Assembly (NCBI GenBank): GCA_036172245.1
Contig: JAYWIR010000017.1
Location: 3,410,001 to 3,474,000 of the forward strand
Direction: 5' to 3'
DNA: 64,000 nt
Source: Raillietiella orientalis
Lineage: Eukaryota
Shown: piece by piece, positions 41,271-52,875 of the stretch
Layout of the letters: every line of letters begins with the position of its first letter
Position numbering within the stretch: the first letter of the stretch is position 1
Notes under the pieces: generated by a model
Told to the model about the DNA's origin: nothing
What the model saw: the letters and a program-made list of their open reading frames with translations, nothing else
Databases searched by the model: none
Position numbers and translations under genes: made by a program

Positions 41271-41305
41271 ATCGCTTCTCGGCCTTTTGGCTAAGGTCAA
41301 AGTGT
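41271..41305 (+). pseudogene. U2: U2 snRNA 5' fragment (nt 1-35), 3'-truncated
   Basis: ATCGCTTCTCGGCCTTTTGGCTAAGGTCAAAGTGT, one mismatch from the U2 5' end as I recall it. Similarity stops inside the branch-point recognition sequence. Confidence 0.9.
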
Positions 41306-41919
41306 TCTCGCCATTAGTACCATGTGCTAAGCAGCATGCAAGGACCGGAGGACAAGGGTCAAGAAAGGTCACGGAGGTCCTGCAAGTCGGAGCAGCACCC
41401 GGCTCCGAGAGAAAAGAGGACCTACCCATTCAAAGGCAACATCCACGTGGACGCGAGAGCGCCCCTCGCTCCTCCCCTTGCAGTGAATGAGTCCGTAGTG
41501 CATCCTCTTTGCTTCTTTCATTTGCCATCGGATAAAATAATTGCTTTTGCTTCGGATGGCAAGGTGAAGTTCTCGCGCCTAGGAGCAGTGGAGCAAATCT
41601 GGCCGGGCTCGTGGGAACTCGCGGAAAATGCGCCGCCATCTTGCTTCGTGGGTCCACTCCGCCACTCTGCCTGAGGCTCCATCGGCCGACACCGTGCGCC
41701 TCGGGGAGTGCGGGTAGTGGGTGAGAGAGGAATCCCCGAACTACAAACTGTGCAGAGGATGGATGAATCCTCTCTACACCATCTTCTTGAAGGCATTGGT
41801 ATCCTCCGTGGTGCTGAGACCAGCTAGAGCACCGCCGCTCCCTCACCACGAAGACGAGGACCCTCCAAGGAGGTGGTGGTCTTTTCAGGAGCAGAGCTGC
41901 CGCAAGCACCACATCAAGT

Positions 41920-41972
41920 GCTTTGGGACGAAGCTGCAGAGGAACTTCTCCTCTGCAGCTGCGTCCCAAAGC
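41920..41972. repeat. Inverted repeat: 24-bp stem (1 mismatch), 5-nt loop
   Basis: GCTTTGGGACG-A-AGCTGCAGAGGA acttc TCCTCTGCAGCT-G-CGTCCCAAAGC; pairing checked base by base. Confidence 0.95.
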
Positions 41973-42629
41973 GAAGTGACTAAAAGCAGCGAATCTGCCC
42001 TCGTCCAGTGGAAGCAGAGATCATGAGGGTCTTTGCCCGGATCACGCACGCGCAGTCACTCTCCAAGGCGAGCAGCAGCAGTCTCCCCCGGACGTTAAAA
42101 CGATACAAGTCGGGAAGGGAGATTGGTGCCTGGAAGTCTGGACGAAAAGCGGGGACGGCAACTCCCTCTCCGAGGCCGAGAGCCACCCGAATCTCCTTCG
42201 CCCGGGAACCACCCTCTGGTCGTCCGCTTGTTTGCTTGCCCGCAGTGGAACCATCACTTCTGTACTCCCTGCTTCTTGTCCGTTCCTCGCTCCCGGATGC
42301 GCCCAGCACGGATGCGCTCCCATCTTCTTGGAAGGCAAGCGTTTGAGCATCCAGTCGAATGATGAACCGGAAGCCTCAGCTCAGCAGATATCGCATCGAA
42401 ACGCCGCCTCATCGCATCCCTCATGGGAGAGATTTCCGCAAGATACCAGCAGCCCAGCGCGAGAACCACGTTCCGTCTGAGCGAGGCAGCGTCTCTTCCC
42501 GTGGAATCCAAAGCAACCGCTGGTCTACACGCGCCTTTGGGTACAGTGATAGCTGATCTTGCGTTCGGTCCTTCTTTGAAGGGTGCTTCCCAAAGGGAGC
42601 AGCGCTCTTCTTTGGGGAGCAACCGCCCG

Positions 42630-43490
42630 CGTCGGAGGCCTTGGGGTTAAGGCTTCCGCGCGTGGCTTCATGCGTCGCGTGTTCGAATACTCCCGCATAA
42701 ACTGACGCCACTGCCTCATTGGGTTCCGAGTTTCCCTTGCAAGATGGCGCTGGCTGGCCTACAAACATTCGGGAGTGGCACCGGTAGCGGTTCAAACCGG
42801 AGGCCCCCGATAAAGGCCGGAAGAATGGGAGTCGACCTTCGGGTCCTTCCAGGAATCAAAGAGTGGAGAGTTCCCCTCCGGTCATGCAACGTAGAGCAGA
42901 CCCTCCACACCGAGGAGACCCCTATGGTTCGTTCAAGACAGAGCAGGAGCCTTCACAGACGCCTATCCAGCTGTTAAAGGGGCGGCTCCGTTCTTGCCGG
43001 GAGGGACCCTCTAGAGTCGTGCTACGGAACAGGTGCGTCGCCACCTCTCCAGAGAATGCAAGGAAGCGAGAGCGATCCCCTGAGGGAAGATAAAGCGCCC
43101 CTTTTGAATTTGGAAAGCATCCCTTCGGGGCTCTCTTCAGAGGAATGAAACAGGAGTAGTTCCTCTGCGAGTTCCCTCCGGAGAAGAATTCCTACTAGCG
43201 GATCCTTCCCGGTTCTCTTCGGAGATGAGATGGAGAGGACCACACCCTCGGGCGGTGTCCCTCCGGAGAGAATGAGGAAGGAGATTCCCTTCGGGGTCTT
43301 CCCCGTCGGAGACAACTAGGGTGGAGGTGGGGATCTCACCTCTCCCCCTCCCGGGAAGAACCCTCCCCAGTAGTGATTGGGACGGACTCTGAGTCCTTCC
43401 TAGATTCATAGAGCGAATTTCCTTTCCAAGGTGCTCCCTATCTTCAGGTCTCGTACACGCACCCTTCGCGGCTGGCATGGAACAGTGTTG
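42630..43490 (+). repeat. Repeat family copy 2 (head ~42630-42765, body to ~43490)
   Basis: Head GCGTCGCGTGTTCGAATAC...TGGGTTCCGAGTTTCCCTTGCAAGATGGCGCTGG. The body GTCGACCTTCGGGTCCTTCCAGGAATCAAAGAG...TGGCATGGAACAGTGT is collinear with 47920-48416. Confidence 0.8.
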
Positions 43491-43689
43491 AAGAGCCATA
43501 TGCGCCGCGAGGCACGCGACCAGCTCTTGAGGTACTCAGCAAACCAAAAAAAAGAAAACCCGAAAAAAAAAAGCTGGAAGGAAAAAATAGCGAAGACAGA
43601 AGAAAAAAGAACCCAAAGAATCAGCAGAACACTCTGGAGAAGCAGCCCCTAAAAATGGAGGAGGGGAAGGATCTCTTTTCGCAATCGGA

Positions 43690-43925
43690 GGGGGGTCCCG
43701 AATGTCTCCTTGATTCCTGGAAGAACCCCAGAGGGGCAGCTTACAATCCCAGCCGGTTGACGGGGACATCTGACTTCTACCAGTGCTTCACCCTGAGCCC
43801 ATGGGGCAACCAGCGTCATCTTGCGGAGGGGGACTCGAAACCCATGACGCACCATCTCTCGGCGTCGATCTTCCACGCGGGGATTCGAATCTGCAACGCT
43901 TAGTGCCATACGGGCTCCTCTAAGC
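43690..43925 (-). repeat. Repeat family copy 3 (head plus start of body)
   Basis: The reverse complement TGGCACTAAGCGTTGCAGATTCGAATCCCCGCGTGGAAGATCGACGCCG closely matches 46418-46466. It continues into GGGGTTCTTCCAGGAATCAAGGAG, the start of the body. Confidence 0.85.
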
Positions 43926-44339
43926 CTCGTTCGTCTTCATGAGGTTCCACGAACAGTTTCCTGCTTGCTGAACTCCTCCTCAGCCTCCCAGCTCACTAGT
44001 TGCGTTAGGATCCAGCACCCCCGCCACGTGCTCGAATGACACCACCACCAACAATAACAGTGACATGCAGTCCTCAGAAACCTGACCGAGGAGTCGGTGC
44101 CTTTCCGTCAGCACTTGGAAGGAGACCGCGTCCCGAGTTTCGTCCTGGTTTACGAGCTCTCCGTTCCGGGAGGCATCTGCAACGGCGCTTCTCCTCTCGA
44201 CGGATCCCCTGGGAAACGTGTTCGGTCCCGTGCATCCGGTCAGGGTGCCCCGCCTACTCCTGGAACACAGGACGCTGACAGACATCCTTCGCGCCCTGCT
44301 TGTGGTCATGTTCGCTCCACGTCGTCCCGCGGGTGGACC

Positions 44340-44700
44340 TGGGGAGCCTCGGGGACGGACGGCAACCCCTTCGGAAGGGCTCCTCGATCCCCTGGTACAG
44401 AGTCTCCGGAGCGGAACCTTCAGGTGGCGTAGAGCAGTGTGGCACCTCCAGAATGCTTTTCGGGATTTCGAATGGCCCACCCCAGCTGGGGAGGCTGCTG
44501 GTGGAGGAGAGGTCGCCGCCGATGCTGCTGCGCCTGGAAGCTGATGTGCGCTCCAACCGCCAAAGAGTGTGGAGTTGGCTCCGCGCAGGCGGCGTCACCC
44601 TTCGAGGCGAAGATTTTTTTTCGTCTTGACGCAAGAGGGCGACCTTGAACCGCGGCCAAGCATCCAAGAAGGCTCGGCTCCCCACCTCGACCAGTTGAAA
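44340..44700 (+). repeat. Repeat family distal body segment
   Basis: 44425-44565 is near-identical to 48401-48540 (GGCACCTCCAGAATGCTTTTCGGGATT-CGAATGGCCCAC-CCAGC). 44577-44700 matches 45606-45729. Confidence 0.85.
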
Positions 44701-45491
44701 AAGAACGTGAGAAACTTCACCGAGGGCGCGCGGCTCCTCTTCTCCAGGAAGTGCAGAGGTCTCGAGCACTTCCTCCTCGGAAACAGTTCTTCCTCCTGCT
44801 CTCCCTCCCCTCGCCTAATGCTGGACCAGTCGCCACTGAAGCAGCAGCCTGCGTGTTCCCTCGAGATCGCTTCCAATGAGAAAGACGCCTAGCCGGTCAC
44901 CCTAGCTGGTCTCATCATGGTCACCACCACCCATTTCCGATACGAGGTCGCTGGACCCCGCTGACGGTCCCGTTCCTCTGCCGTGGGTAAAGTGGGGGCG
45001 TGTGTTGCCGAGACCCTCGTCCTGCAGAGATGGCGCCCGTGCTCCACGTCAGGAATCCGGGGATTTGTCTTGGACCTTCCGTCAACCTTAGTGACGTAAA
45101 TTGACACCGCTCTGGAGCGCTCTTTGTTTTTCTTTGTCTTTTTTGGGGGGAGAAGGGGGGGGGGACTTTGCCTTGATCGGGGCGCGATATGCCACGGATG
45201 AAAGTTGCGCAGCATGCTGACGGCATTGACGGGAAGTCGCGGAAGCGAAAGAAAGGTTTCTGGAGGGGAAGCCGATTGCAGCCCGGTGGTCAGTCAGAGG
45301 GAATGACACAGAGAAGTCCCCACAGGGCGAACGCGCGCGGCGAGGCTTTCCGAGAGTTCCTCTTCTGTCGGGGAGTCCGTCCTTTCCTGGCCATCCCGCA
45401 AACGAGAGGGCAGGGGTGCTTTGATGGCACGTCAAAACACAGTCAGCCATATGTTCGCGAACGGAGGGCGCCACAGGAAGGCGCCGGCCGA

Positions 45492-45538
45492 ACTCGGCTG
45501 GATGGATGGACGGCAGCCGTCCATCCATCCAGCCGAGT
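45492..45538. repeat. Perfect palindrome, 23-bp arms, 1-nt spacer
   Basis: ACTCGGCTGGATGGATGGACGGC a GCCGTCCATCCATCCAGCCGAGT. Confidence 0.97.
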
Positions 45539-45605
45539 GCTGAGGTGCTGAAGTCCTCTGAGGTGCTGGAGGGAAGGCGGCGGGGGAAATCGCTTGGGTG
45601 GGATC

Positions 45606-45729
45606 GGCTCCGCGCAAGCGCCGCCATCCTTCGATGCGAGGATTCTTTTTCGTCTTGGCGCAAGAGAACGGTGCCAAACCGCGGCCAAGCCTTCAAGGAG
45701 GCTCATCTTGCCACGTCGACCAGTTGAAA
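45606..45729 (+). repeat. Duplicate of 44577-44700
   Basis: GGCTCCGCGCA...CCTTCGA-GCGA-GATT-TTTTTCGTCTTG-CGCAAGAG...AACCGCGGCCAAGC...TCGACCAGTTGAAA is present in both. Confidence 0.9.
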
Positions 45730-45760
45730 CAGAATTGAAACAGGGAGAGTTCTGCCGCTG

Positions 45761-45784
45761 ATGATGATGATGATGATGATGATG
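45761..45784. repeat. (ATG)8 microsatellite
   Basis: Read directly; source of the poly-M, poly-H and poly-I ORFs. Confidence 0.95.
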
Positions 45785-46389
45785 CTCATGATGGTGATGG
45801 TTTCTAGGCTGGCTGTGCCGAGGAATTTCTTTATGGAAACAAAAAATAAACAACCAAGAGACGGTGGGGTGCCACTCCCCACCAAGGTCACGCGATTCTC
45901 GGAGGACACGGACGACATCCAGCTGACCGTGACATTGAGTTCATCTGCAATCTCATGACAGCCCGGATGTGCACGTCGCGGTGCAATCCTGAGGAACAGG
46001 ATGGCGAGGAAGGTGGTTCCTCCCTTACATTGCGGCCTCCCTCCGCCTCGCATCTTGCTGCGCTGAGATGCCGCGCAACGCAGCGAGTCTCTGCGGTCGC
46101 GGCTGCGGGTGGTATCAAGCCCCTGACAAAGAGGTTCCCGGGGTCATCCTGCCGGGATTGGCAGGAATGCGGAAAAACGTTTCACCTATGCCCATAGGGC
46201 TGCACTCTCTGCACCGGCAAGTGGGAATGGGGGTGGGGAAGTTTCCCTTTCCCAGCACCTGGCGCAATTTGCCTCGACACTCCCCCTTGTTCGGTGGTTT
46301 GCAGCGTGCGTTTGGCACGGAAGTCCTCAAAGCAACGTCAGCAGCAGTGCCGGCTGCTGCCACTTTGGACCAAGGACCGTAGCCCACAT

Positions 46390-46560
46390 GGCCCGTCGTA
46401 GCAGCAGTCTCCGCTCGTGGCACCAAGCGTTGCGGGTTCCAATCCCCACGTGGAGGATCGACGCCGGAAACGGGGTGAGTCGTGAGCTTCGAGTCCTTCG
46501 CGCAAGATGGCTCTGTTGGCCCACGGGCTTCGATGGCGATGCTGGTTGACACCCGGTCAC
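46390..46560 (+). repeat. Repeat family copy 4, head with two B-box-like motifs (SINE/tRNA-like)
   Basis: GGTTCCAATCCC and GCTTCGAGTCC ~50 nt apart, then CGCAAGATGGCTCTGTTGGCCCACGGGCT; aligns with copies 1-3. Confidence 0.8.
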
Positions 46561-46599
46561 GTCGGGACGTTTATTTATAAAAAAAAATAAAATAAACAT

Positions 46600-47872
46600 C
46601 CATGTCTGTGACAGGACGTTTGATCCTGCCGCGTTACTTATAACTACCAGAAGGAACCTTCCGGGAACTGGCACGCAGGCCAGCAGGGTTCGCCTCGGCG
46701 GCACAGGGGAAGGAGAAACAAACAAAAAGAAAAACAGAAAACAGAAAACATACAGTCAAAGAAAGGGTTGGTTTGGGAAGAGATCATCGTGTGCTGGAGG
46801 ATGTTCTCTGCATCCTTTGTAAGATGCCGGCAAGTTACTGCTTCAGGACTCCCAGATGGGGCCATTTCGACCTCATGAAGAGGACAGCAAAATAGATGGC
46901 GTCCCTGTCGTTCTGGCTTCCTCTGGCGTTGCTCCATGAAGCCACGGCCCCACCGCGTGGACACCAAAGTGTTGCTGGGGATGCGGCCTGCCGGCGTAAG
47001 GCCGTCACGCAGGAAGAGGCGCTTTACAGTGTCTGCGTTGCCACCGGGGGTTCCAAGGGACGCGGCAAAGCATCTCCAAAGGGGCTGAAGGGCAACACAG
47101 TCCACTAGGAGGTGCAAGAAGGGTTCCTGCGCAAAAGTCCATGGGGTCGAGCACTCGGGGTCTCAGCGTCGGTGAGCTGGCCCGTCGTCCATTCGCCCAG
47201 TCCTTTCCTCACCAAGTCTTTTCCTCCGTCCACAGGTTTCTGTAGAAATCTCCGAAAGGAGATTTCCACAGTAACCTTCCATTTAGCTGCTGCCCATGTG
47301 TTTCCTAAGGAAGGACAGCGCGGCGACAAGGGAGGTTCTGTTGCCCACGCAGACTTCGTGAGATCTTCCAGGTTCTCCCAGAGCGTTCAGCTGCTGCTGC
47401 TCGCGTACAGGAAACGTCGCTCCTGTTCCGCGATTGGCTCCTGGATCCCCGCCCACGTGCGAACGGTTCCCTGCAACCGGAGACTACCGTTCATGGGGCA
47501 GCAGGAGATCCATCGGTTATTCCTGACTAGCGTGGCTACCTGCCGAAGGTGCAGTTCTCAGTGGATGAGGCTGCATGGACGGCGCGCAAGGAAGGATGCG
47601 AGTGCCAGCATGCCGGTGGCTTGCTGAACGAGGAGGGGTGGAGGTTGACACCAGGTGGTGCACCATAACTTCGCTACGAGGGCGAGGGTCCAAAATGGGA
47701 GCTGCAGCTCCATTCGCTCTAGAGTCAGGAGGCCAAGGCCACAGTTCCGGCGTGGAGCGCACAAGTCCTTCAGATGGACTCGAGGCCCCCCCTGGCCCCA
47801 AAGGGCAATTTGGACGAGATCTTTTGTTCGCTTTCTAATGCTGCATGGCGGGGGAGGGGGAAGTGCGGCACA
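46600..47872 (-). mobile_element. Tx1/L1-group LINE 3' remnant (post-RT region, zinc-binding segment, T-rich 3' UTR)
   Basis: LPPPPPCSIRKRTKDLVQIALWGQGGPRVHLKDLCAPRRNCGLGLLTL (cf. PPxxxIxxIxxxxxxFLW...VxxxxLxxPxxxGGLGL; 47872-47714). Then GLLRRNPSC / HLLVDCVALQPLW (zf-RVT-like, ~47140-47075) and a T-rich stretch at 46750-46715. Confidence 0.7.
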
Positions 47873-47879
47873 GTTGGAA

Positions 47880-48545
47880 GCCGAAAACCGGACGCCTTCG
47901 TTGGCTGGCCGGGATTGGAAGTCGACCTTACGGGGTCCTTCCAGGAGCCAAGGAGCCGGTTCCCTTCGAGGTTCTCCTCTGGTTGTGGAAATGGAATCGT
48001 TATCATGGAGTTCGTTGATACTTCCTCGGGGAGTCGCCTCTCCAGAGTACAAGAAACGCGCTGCTACCTTCGGGGAGAGCCCTTCTGAGAAATTTGGAAG
48101 CGTCCCTGCGGGGTTCTCTTCAGGGACCGGTTCGCTCGCAGGTTTTTTCCAGAGAAGAAATTCCAGGAGCGGATCCTTTCCGGGTTCGTTTTTGGTAAGA
48201 AACTAGGAACGGCCCCCTGTGGAGGGAGGGAATAAGAAAGAAGAGGATCCCTTTGGAGACAACAGGGGCAAGCGTTCTCTTCGGGGTTTCTCTCCCAATC
48301 GTAAGAGGAAAGGACTCCTTCCTCTGGAGCTTTCCTGGGTTCACAGGATAGTCCCTCCGGGGGTAACTCTTATCTTGAGGAGTCAATAGGAATCCTCGGA
48401 TGGCGTGGAACAGTGTATGGCACCTCCAGAATGCTTTTCGGGATTCCGAATGGCCCACTCCAGCGGGGGAGACCTCTGGTGGAAGAGGCATCGCCGCCGA
48501 TGCTGCTTCACCAGGGAGTGGATGTGCGCTCCAGCCGCTCGAAAG
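47880..48545 (+). repeat. Repeat family copy 4, body
   Basis: Collinear with 42815-43490, then with 44425-44565. Confidence 0.85.
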
Positions 48546-51500
48546 GTTTTTCTGTGATCCGGGGTCTCTCAACAGATGTTCCGCCTTGCCATCAGGCCAG
48601 TGCCATGCTGGTGAGCATAACGACCAGACGCATCAAGCGAAGGCTCCTTTTTTGAACAGACAAAGTCTCCCGATCTTCCGTACAGAAATTGTTGTCATCT
48701 TCGAGACGTTCTCTCAGGGGCATCCCCTGGACAGCTACTGCGATCTGCGGCCTAACATCTCGGATTCGTTTGAACGTGAGCGTGGGGCTATAAAGGAAAG
48801 TGGTCTTTCCTTCATCGATATATCATCGCTCTCCGGCCAGAAACTTTTTTCCCACCATCAGCTGTTTCTTGTACTTCCCGGCAAAAATTTCAAGCATTCC
48901 TCCCTTTCTCGCGCGGTACGAGGGAATTTCATTTCATTTTTGTTTTATTTCATTTTTTGGCCAACGTACCTCCGAGGTCCGAGTGCGCGCGCTCACGAAA
49001 GTCAGCTCTCCGAGTTCGCTCGTTGCCCAGGCAACAGCTCTTTCGCCGAATTATGCAATCTGCAACAAGCGGACATCCTCCATCCGCTGCTTTCTTGAAG
49101 CTTTCGCGTCTCGTCGAAGCTCAGCCACTGCTCCCCTACTTGTTGAGGCCTCCCGGACGACGTCCCCGGGCACGATCCAATATTATCGGGCAAACCGACC
49201 GATTGGTGCCATGTCCCTCATTAACCGATTTGTAATTATAGAATCACCATAGGTCGCTCACGGTGGAGACAGGCGCGCGTCCTTCACCTAGGGTCAACAG
49301 CAGCCACGACAAACAGCAGTGTTCTCGATCTCTTCCAGAGGCGACTCATTAAAGTTTCGTTTTGCCTTTGGGTTCTGGGCGGCAGAATTGACCATCAGCG
49401 CGCCTTTTTTGCTTTAGGTCAATTTGCATTTCCACTTGCAGTGCTCTCTCGGGCACTTTCAGATTTGGAATCTGCACCTCTCGACCGCAGCTCCGAGAGG
49501 TGCGGATGCCGAACCTGAACCCGCGTTCTTCGCCGAGCTCCTCGCAAGGCGACGGACAGTCAGCTGAATCCTGCAGCTTTGTGACCGGTTGACTGAGAGA
49601 GGGCCTTCACCCGTCCAGCTGGGGCCTTTCCGAATTTCCTCCGAACGCCACTGCCTTCCCCCCACTTGCGGGCGCCTAGCGAGGTGTCTCCCTGGATTTC
49701 CGCATTTCTCGGAATTCCTCATGAATTTTCAAGGGGAGTGCAGAGGGTTGAAATGGACCGCCGTCTCGTTAGCCGTTCAACTGCTTTCTCCCACACCTTT
49801 CTGTAGGATGATCGCAGGATTATTTGCTCGGGATTTTTTCCGTGTCTGCGTCAATCCCCCCCTCACCCCTTTCTTTCTAAGTGCTCGTGGCCACAGCAGC
49901 ACTGTCTCAGATGGTGTTCTTCTTTTCCCACGTTCCGTTATGAACTCTCAGAAGGTCATGAAAAGTGGATGAAACCATCCAATTAAAATAAATGAGTGGA
50001 TAAAAATAAAAATCAAAGTTTTTTCCCGTTGGAAAACTTTGACCAGAGAGAGAGGAGAGAGAGAGAGATACAGATGCCTTCTCGAAAATCTGATGGCTCA
50101 GTAGCGCAGCAGTTTTGGAGAGAACCACAAATTTTCAATCAGCTGGAATCAGCAGGGTCGTTGCCATCACTTGGGAACATGCGATGCAAATTGTGCATCA
50201 TTGTCTGTACACTGTTTCGGCCAACACACTGTGTTAATGCATTTTCTCGAACGCTCCTTGTTTCTGTGTTAAAAGCAAATGTGCAGCTGTGTGTCCAGCA
50301 TCTTCATCTTCCCGCTACAGGGACCCAGTTGGATTCAGTGGTAAGATTGAAGTTATTTCTGCTGCGCAGTTTCTAGCTCCAGGAAAGCAGCCTAGCGGAT
50401 CAGGAGCTGGCATCAGAACCCTTCGTCAGATGCAGTTTCTCACTTCCGTTTTCAAGGTAGGATGTGGCAGGAAAGGGCAGCATCTCATTCTCCGTCACAC
50501 TCTTGATCCATCATTTCCGTGTTTCATGTGTCAACTTCCTAGCCAGCGTGCAAATGGGATGCAGCGAAAGCTCTGAAGAGATTCGGAAGAGGCTTGGGTC
50601 TGCCTCCTCATCAACGGCGAAAAAGATCTTCTGGTGTTTCGTCCGAGCCTTTCCCTCGAAGAAAATGAAACTAGAGAGCAGCGGCTCCACCACGAGTTGC
50701 TGAGATTTGGAAACCCGCAACAACTCATCAGAAGATGCTCCCTGGAACAAGTGTTAAAGCAGGTTTTGCCGGAAACCCTTCGTGAATCTGTAAATTGTGA
50801 AAGCGATCGAAGATAGACTACGGTTCCCGGCCAAAAAAATTCATCCATCCTGTGAACCAAAAAACAAAAAAAACAAAAAAAAGAGGCCTTTACCTCTAAG
50901 GCCTTCTTTTGTCTAAAGCATTTCATGAGCTCCGGCCTTCAGTGGAACATCCTATTGAAAAACACACTGGGTAATAAAAACATTGTTCTGCATTTTAATT
51001 ATGTGAAGAAACTTTCCCTGATACAAATAAATAGGAACGATAAATAGGATTTCTGACTGAGATATTCGATGCGATAGGAATACCAACAAAAGTTAGAAAA
51101 AATCTTGAGGAAGACAACGGCAATAATCTACCAGTTTCTTGAACTTGAGAATCCTCGATGCTAGAGGAAGTTACTGGCCAGCGTCTCTCCAGCGGTCGGA
51201 GGAACTTGTGCTAGTGGAGGTAGGACGAACATTAGTAATGCTTACAGCCCCTACCATCTTTCCCCAAGAAGAGAAAGCTGGATGCTCATGGTTGTCAACC
51301 GAACCACTCCGAAAACCGATGTCTCCTGACTTCGCTTCCCTCCCCAGGCAGCACGTACTCTACGAATTCCACGAAATTCTATAACTTTTAGAGATTTTCG
51401 TAAGGTACCTTCACGAATCCATAGTACGAAGATTTTCCTCCCCCCTCCATTCCCCTAAATAGTAGGACTGACTGAAACTCACGATATGATAATTCACGAA

Positions 51501-51943
51501 TTTATCATTCGAATATCGCAATTAAGATGGCGGGCGTTTCCATGGATTCACATGCAGAAATCCGGTTTTTACCCGGCGACGCTAGGACTTTATTAAAAAA
51601 CAAACTGCAAGTAAAGAGAGGGAAAAAAAACCCAAGAACGAGAAATGCCAAAAAAAAAAAGAAAAGAGGTTCATCCGGGATAACCACCGGCACTCAGACC
51701 GGCTTTCAAGAAGTAGGGAACGGAGGGAGGGGACAATAAATAAATGAAAAAAAACAGAGAGTAGAGACAATGGTCTTTCCTTGAGACAGAGAGAGACGTT
51801 CCTTATTTTCTAGAAGCGTCTGTGGATGGTGGCGACTTCTTCTGGCAGGTGAGGCCACCTTGCGGCCGTTTCTCATGAGAACTGCTGGTATGCTGGTGGC
51901 CTCTCGTCGCCGCGAACTCCGGCAAAAGATCATCTGACTTGCA

Positions 51944-52125
51944 TGCATCCATCATCCAAATGAAGTGCTCCCCCAGAAGAGAATGTTTGTGATTGAAATG
52001 GGTGGGAATCATTCCGATCCATAGCCAAGCCTTGGATCGATTTCGATACAACCCACAGAGTTCTGTAAGGAAGGCACCTCGAAAAATTCCCACGAACCCC
52101 TTTCTTCCCACATTTTCGACTCCGT
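51944..52125 (-). pseudogene. C-type-lectin-like fragment
   Basis: FLTEL...AWLWIGM...GEHFIWMMD resembles WIGL...GxFxWxD; no C-terminal WND/Cys motif seen. Confidence 0.25.
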
Positions 52126-52875
52126 CCGTTGCTGGGTGACTCGAAGTTTTTTGAAGCTTTTCGGTGGGTTCCGCCTATTTTCTTCTGTCTTGGAAATCAA
52201 CCTTTGCTGTCTCAGAAGAAACCAGACGAATCCCTTTTGCGAGATCCCGGATTCGAAGCAATCAAACAAATGGATTTAAGCGAGCATCAGTAGAGAAGAA
52301 CTGGACTGCGTGATCTTTGACTTCGCTTTTCTTCGTCCGAAGATAACCACTAGGAAGACGATGGACTCGACCATCTATTGGCATGGATTGCACACACAAA
52401 TCTCCGCTCTCAAGACGAATAATGTCGAGTGGTCCTCGAAGGCTGGAAGGCACTTTTCCTCCTCTTCTTTCCAAATAGCAGGAAGCTGAAACATCGAGCC
52501 AAACATCCAACGGAAGCTGCTTATCCCCCGTGCATCTTAGCGGGAGGCGAATTTCACGACGCGCACCGCACCGAATGGCAACGAAGGTATCAGGAATTTT
52601 GAGTTTCCAGTGATGGTTCCAATGAGGATGAGGTTCGGGAACACTTGAGTCTCCGTTCCGCCTACAAGAAGGGCGCTCCACGTCAACGGCAATTTCAGAC
52701 GGCAGACCGCAATCGCCTGGAATCGCCGTTTCATCACGAGATCAAAGAATTCCCTGCAAAAGTTGCACGGCGCCTCTGATTGGAGGCCCAGAAACATCCC
52801 CGGTTTTGATAGATGTCGTGGGTTTGATTACGATCTCGATCAAACACCTCTGCACGGTAGGAAGCACGGATCCGA

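Noticed and set aside
43473..44440. Apparent 16-bp target-site duplication (TGGCRTRGARCAGTGT) around 43489-44424
   Set aside because: Similarity extends further upstream in both places, so these are more likely two copies of the same repeat body.
44254..44769. Integrase GPF-like motif WGGPFEI on the minus strand
   Set aside because: No integrase core nearby; the segment belongs to the repeat family and reads at least as plausibly on +.
50140..50450. Ankyrin-like DAGHTAAHLL and LTKGSDA on the minus strand
   Set aside because: Spacing does not fit a 33-residue period and the frames are interrupted.
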